This document shows, one piece after another, positions 61,201-64,000 of a stretch of 64,000 bases of DNA (positions are counted from its first letter, which is position 1; each line of letters begins with the position of its first letter). The position numbers and the translations under genes were made by a program. Origin of the DNA: an uncultured Planctomycetota bacterium (lineage in GTDB: Bacteria > Planctomycetota > Phycisphaerae > Tepidisphaerales > Tepidisphaeraceae); the NCBI GenBank assembly GCA_963841915.1, contig CAWJEN010000004.1, forward strand, positions 64,001-128,000, written 5' to 3'. The notes below the pieces were generated by a model, which searched no databases, was not told the DNA's origin, and saw only the letters and a list, made by a program, of their open reading frames with translations.

Positions 61201-62841
61201 ACACCGGCCTTGAGCTTCGGCACCTACGAGCCCGGTAAGCCCGAGTCGCTCAACGTGCTCGGCGAAGTGCTTACCGCACAAGGCCTCGACCCAGTGACGA
61301 ACGCCGCACCGAAGTTCTTCGTCGACGGCACGTTCGGGCTGTACCTCAAGAGCCCTGCCTTCAACAGCGACCCGATCGACGACGGCATCTCCGCCGGTCG
61401 CGGCAGGGTCGTCTACTCCGAGGGTGTGCTCAACACCTGGGAGCCCGCCGCAAACGAGCGGGACAAGACGGGCGTCTACCGTATCGATGCGATCGATGAC
61501 GCACTTGCCGTCAGCTTCGAGGAGTTCGAGCTGGCCAGCGATTACAATGACCTTGTGCTTGTGATGCGGAACGTCGAGCCGGTAGCGGACGTCAACCGCC
61601 GCCTGGCGATCCAGGAGAACGGTGTCGACGAAGGGCTTGACCGGCTGATCTTCAGCGAGATCGACCCGGCCAATCGCGACAACACCAACGGCACCCAAGT
61701 CGTCCGAAACAGTCGCGACTTCGACCTCATTAACGCCAGTGCTTCGCCGCTCGTCATCTCGTCGATCGACGAGCCGGCCGGGTTCAGCGCCAGTGTCGCC
61801 GACACGTCCTTGGCGGCAGGTGAATCGACCACGCTCACGATCGACTTCGACGCCACGAGTGAAGGCACGCGCAACGGCGTCTACGAAGGCGACATCGACA
61901 TTAACTTCGTCGACGGCCTGCGCACCTTCAGCGTCGCCGTCGGCGGGTACTACATGCCCTACAGCGAAGACGACGTCGCCAGCGGCAACCGTAAGTCGAT
62001 CGAAGAGCCGTCGCTCAACGAGATGATGGAAGTCTTCGGCCTCACCACCGACGTCGGCACCGAGGCCCAGCGGCTCACCGGCACAGCCGACGCAATCGGC
62101 GACGAAGTGCTCAGCCAGTACTGGCGTGCCGCCCAGCAGGATTTGCCCGTCGAGGTCTACCAGTTGGCCGCGTTCCACAACACCAACTCGAGCGACCCGA
62201 TCTACTGGTTCCCCGAAGGCGGCAGCACGGACGAGGCGTCGGCGGCGAGCAATTCGACCGAAATCTTCCGCCACAACAACACCAGCAGCCAGTCGTTCCT
62301 GCCCGAAATCAACGGCGGCACGTCGCCGGCGGCTGGCAGCTTCTCGCCCGGTGCAGCCACTTTCGGCCTGCGTGTCGTCAACGAATACAGCGTCGACGAC
62401 TTCAACGACAACAACTCGCCGGGTGTGCCGGACGATCAGCACCTGTTCCGTTTCTTCCCCGTGAAGAACGCAAACGGCGAAACGGTCGATGATGCGTGGA
62501 TCGTCACGATGGACTTCACCGGGTTCAACTTCGACTACAACGACAACGTCTACCTCGTCCGCAACATGCAGCCGGCCGGTCAGGCCGCACCGCCTATTGG
62601 GCTCAACGCCACGCAGCTAAACGACGGTCGCGGGCTCGTCTTCTTCGGCCAGCCGACCGGCACCAACGGCGTCGGCGTCTTCCGCAGCGATGACGCAGGC
62701 AACACCTTCACCCGCGTCGCCACCTTCAGCGAGCAGGGCTTCTACGACGTCGAAGACGCCGACGATGACACCGTCATCCGCGTCGCTGGCCTCGACGCCG
62801 ACGGCAACGCCGGCACGTTCAGCGAAGTCCGGCTGGCTTAA
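58231..62841 (+). CDS. Large secreted multidomain protein (planctomycete LExRxLL leader, ConA-like, Ig-like, sugar-dehydrogenase-like beta-propeller, further Ig-like and DYND domains)
   Basis: ETLETRRLLA; GPDGRLY and GPDGRIYI, GLPRSIRDH, GVRNAY, YYGHPNP; DYNDLV and DYNDNV. Confidence 0.75.
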   Translation: MPKLATRRLARAAVETLETRRLLAFSGQSFDLPLRYDFTTQANGVEDAAGLNVGFPIVQGNDNNDELDSTLIDLDTAAGLLRVTSSGNATNGSNFGDDNSLVNGLQLPFDATSDWLVHTRVALAGDTLDGISEGFEQFGLMIGPSQDNYVKLVFAHDGSDNIVQFLVETTNTTSTATRFPLGEGGATSDVAAVTGVNLGSAEYIDLWLAGDASTGVISAQYRVEGGVSTRFTETYTAVEGLFRSQSRAGLIVAHKNDGDAITAEFDDFEVTREALPNTRPAVGEVRPGDDADNVFRDEFVAVDLVLPNASVSGDTLTPANVFLTRDSDGLRVPSEINTTGGGDAIVLTPDRALDADTDYTFTITGGVTDLFGVAFEPFESSFTTNFELSGQGGSLGGVAFEQIDLPAADGTIWSSVTIGPDGRLYATAIDGEIKRFDINADGTLATGESITSLTDAEGADRVVTGLVFAPDATASNLVAYVTHTQFNDVTTSNPSELGDDFTGKLSRLSGPSLGTVTDLVDGLPRSIRDHLTNQPVFGPDGRIYIGQGANNAMGAPDAAWGFREEQLLSGNVLAVDIDAIEAGGTAINVRTGSAGSYDPLADDAPVTIYGEGVRNAYNVLFHSNGSLYAPTNGSAAGGNTPAAPDGSAVGLNNVSQTQNDYLFRIEDGGYYGHPNPTLGNYVLGGGNPTSGADVAQVDAYPIGTLPEDNYGGFAYDFGKNQSPNGAIEFNADVFDNALNGKLIVTRFSGGDDLIVLDVNDNGTVTGGTTGIPGFDQLSDPLDLVQTAGGSLYVSEYGSQTITLLKPVATGGSAKEASKQIFIDAAAGEGELRPLVIRNTGTEPLIVNPYTLGITGADKDLFEYVNAPTTAVTVQPGGAASFDVRFNAPADANVGDTFTAVAFVRTSDENAPEVGATVTGFVRRGIDGANEPSLQDIFDLYDLGITTGDPDPDTTEIEQDELGGIDAQLFRPADPSKPIAIEVIGSYSPERTPALSFGTYEPGKPESLNVLGEVLTAQGLDPVTNAAPKFFVDGTFGLYLKSPAFNSDPIDDGISAGRGRVVYSEGVLNTWEPAANERDKTGVYRIDAIDDALAVSFEEFELASDYNDLVLVMRNVEPVADVNRRLAIQENGVDEGLDRLIFSEIDPANRDNTNGTQVVRNSRDFDLINASASPLVISSIDEPAGFSASVADTSLAAGESTTLTIDFDATSEGTRNGVYEGDIDINFVDGLRTFSVAVGGYYMPYSEDDVASGNRKSIEEPSLNEMMEVFGLTTDVGTEAQRLTGTADAIGDEVLSQYWRAAQQDLPVEVYQLAAFHNTNSSDPIYWFPEGGSTDEASAASNSTEIFRHNNTSSQSFLPEINGGTSPAAGSFSPGAATFGLRVVNEYSVDDFNDNNSPGVPDDQHLFRFFPVKNANGETVDDAWIVTMDFTGFNFDYNDNVYLVRNMQPAGQAAPPIGLNATQLNDGRGLVFFGQPTGTNGVGVFRSDDAGNTFTRVATFSEQGFYDVEDADDDTVIRVAGLDADGNAGTFSEVRLA

Positions 62842-62901
62842 GGCTCGGCCGGAGATCGCGAAGGCGCCTTTGCGAGCTCCGGTTCCGCCGTACGCTGCGG
62901 C

Positions 62902-64000
62902 ATGCGTTGGAGTCAGACCCTCATCCCGACCCAGAAACAAGACCCCGCCGACGCGACGATCGCGAGCCACAAGCTCCTCGTCCGCGGCGGCTTCGTGCGC
63001 CAGCTCCAGGCCGGTTCCTATACGTTCCTGCCGCTGGGCTGGCGGGTCATGCGGAAGATCATGGACATCATCCGTGACGAGATGGAAAAGGCCAGGGCGA
63101 CCGAGGTTCAGATGCCGGCCCTGCAGCCGATCGAGCTGTGGGACGAGAGCGGCCGAAACGAGAAGTTCGGCGACGACATGCTGCGGGCCGAGGATCGCCG
63201 CGGCAACGTCAACGCGCTGGCCCCGACGCACGAGGAGGCGGTGACGGAGATGGCGCGGGCTTATGTGAAGAGCTACAAGCAGCTGCCGTTGAACGTGTGG
63301 CAGATGCAGACGAAGTTCCGCGACGAGCCGCGGCCGCGAAGCGGTCTGCTGCGGGTGCGCGAGTTCATCATGAAGGACGCCTACAGCCTCGATAAGGACC
63401 AGGCGGGCCTCGACCGGTCGTTCGATCTGATGTTCGCCGCGTACAAGAACATCTACCGCCGCTGCGGCGTTCCGGCGATTGCGGTGGACGCCGACAGCGG
63501 CGCGATCGGCGGCAGCGAGAGCATCGAGTTCACGGTGCCGTGCGCGGCCGGCGAGGACATCGTCGTCAGCAGCGACAAGGGTAACTACGCCGCGAACGTC
63601 GAGAAGGCGGCGATCGGCGAGCGGCCGTGGAGCTTCGAGGGCGAGCCGACGGGCGAGCTCGAGGACGTGTCGACGCCGAACGCGAAGAGCATCGACGACG
63701 CCAGCAAGGCGATGAAGGTCAAGCCGCAGCACTTGCTCAAGTGCCTGCTGTTCAGCGTCGCCGGCGAGACGCTGAAGGCGACTTATGTTCTCGCGGTTGT
63801 TCGCGGCGATCACATGCTGAATGAGGCCAAGCTGCGAGCGATGCTCGAGAGCGAAAGCCGCGGCTCCGTCGCTCTGGAGCCGGCGAGTGAGCAGCAGGCG
63901 ACGCGCGATGGTTGGAAGCTTGGGTTCATCGGCCCGCACGCTGTCGTCAACCGCGATGACACAAAACTCGTTGTCGATCCCGACGCGGCGCAAGGTGTTA
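62902..64000 (+). CDS. proS: Proline--tRNA ligase (runs off the window)
   Basis: Manual translation: MRWSQTLIPTQKQDPADATIASHKLLVRGG...LAPTHEE...KFRDEPRPRSGLLRVREFIMKDAYS...DSGAIGGSES; not in the ORF track (no stop in window). Confidence 0.96.
   Translation, partial: MRWSQTLIPTQKQDPADATIASHKLLVRGGFVRQLQAGSYTFLPLGWRVMRKIMDIIRDEMEKARATEVQMPALQPIELWDESGRNEKFGDDMLRAEDRRGNVNALAPTHEEAVTEMARAYVKSYKQLPLNVWQMQTKFRDEPRPRSGLLRVREFIMKDAYSLDKDQAGLDRSFDLMFAAYKNIYRRCGVPAIAVDADSGAIGGSESIEFTVPCAAGEDIVVSSDKGNYAANVEKAAIGERPWSFEGEPTGELEDVSTPNAKSIDDASKAMKVKPQHLLKCLLFSVAGETLKATYVLAVVRGDHMLNEAKLRAMLESESRGSVALEPASEQQATRDGWKLGFIGPHAVVNRDDTKLVVDPDAAQGV

Noticed and set aside
60169..62442. 757-aa minus-strand ORF
   Set aside because: Antisense to the large secreted protein; no recognisable motifs.
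62617..63993. 458-aa minus-strand ORF
   Set aside because: Antisense shadow of proS.

Overview
A GC-rich bacterial chromosomal segment, most likely from a planctomycete (Phycisphaerae-like). The lineage is inferred from PEP-CTERM proteins, a prepilin-type DUF1559-like protein, an 'ETLETRRLL' secreted-protein leader and a PurS-like region fused to PurL. Most of the window is scattered housekeeping genes (aroF, fliM, recN, lnt, ruvC, purL, gmhA, sucA, pheS, lipB, purK, proS, tRNA-Val) mixed with cell-envelope glycosylation genes. No CRISPR array, integrase or transposase was seen. Highlights: (1) a putative metal-responsive locus at 20.2-23.4 kb, where a His-rich CxxC/RGPP (DUF2946-like) leader precedes a pilin-like protein and two PEP-CTERM proteins with His motifs resembling TIGR03769 metal-binding domains; (2) about 20 genes with a TANNNT -10 box only 5-8 nt before the start codon and no Shine-Dalgarno, suggesting widespread leaderless mRNAs, including compact bidirectional promoters; (3) two perfect parS palindromes at 6.6 kb; (4) three tandem GT-C-like paralogs; (5) two single-base frameshifts, which are either pseudogenes or assembly errors. 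All family assignments come from recognising motifs by eye; no database searches were run.
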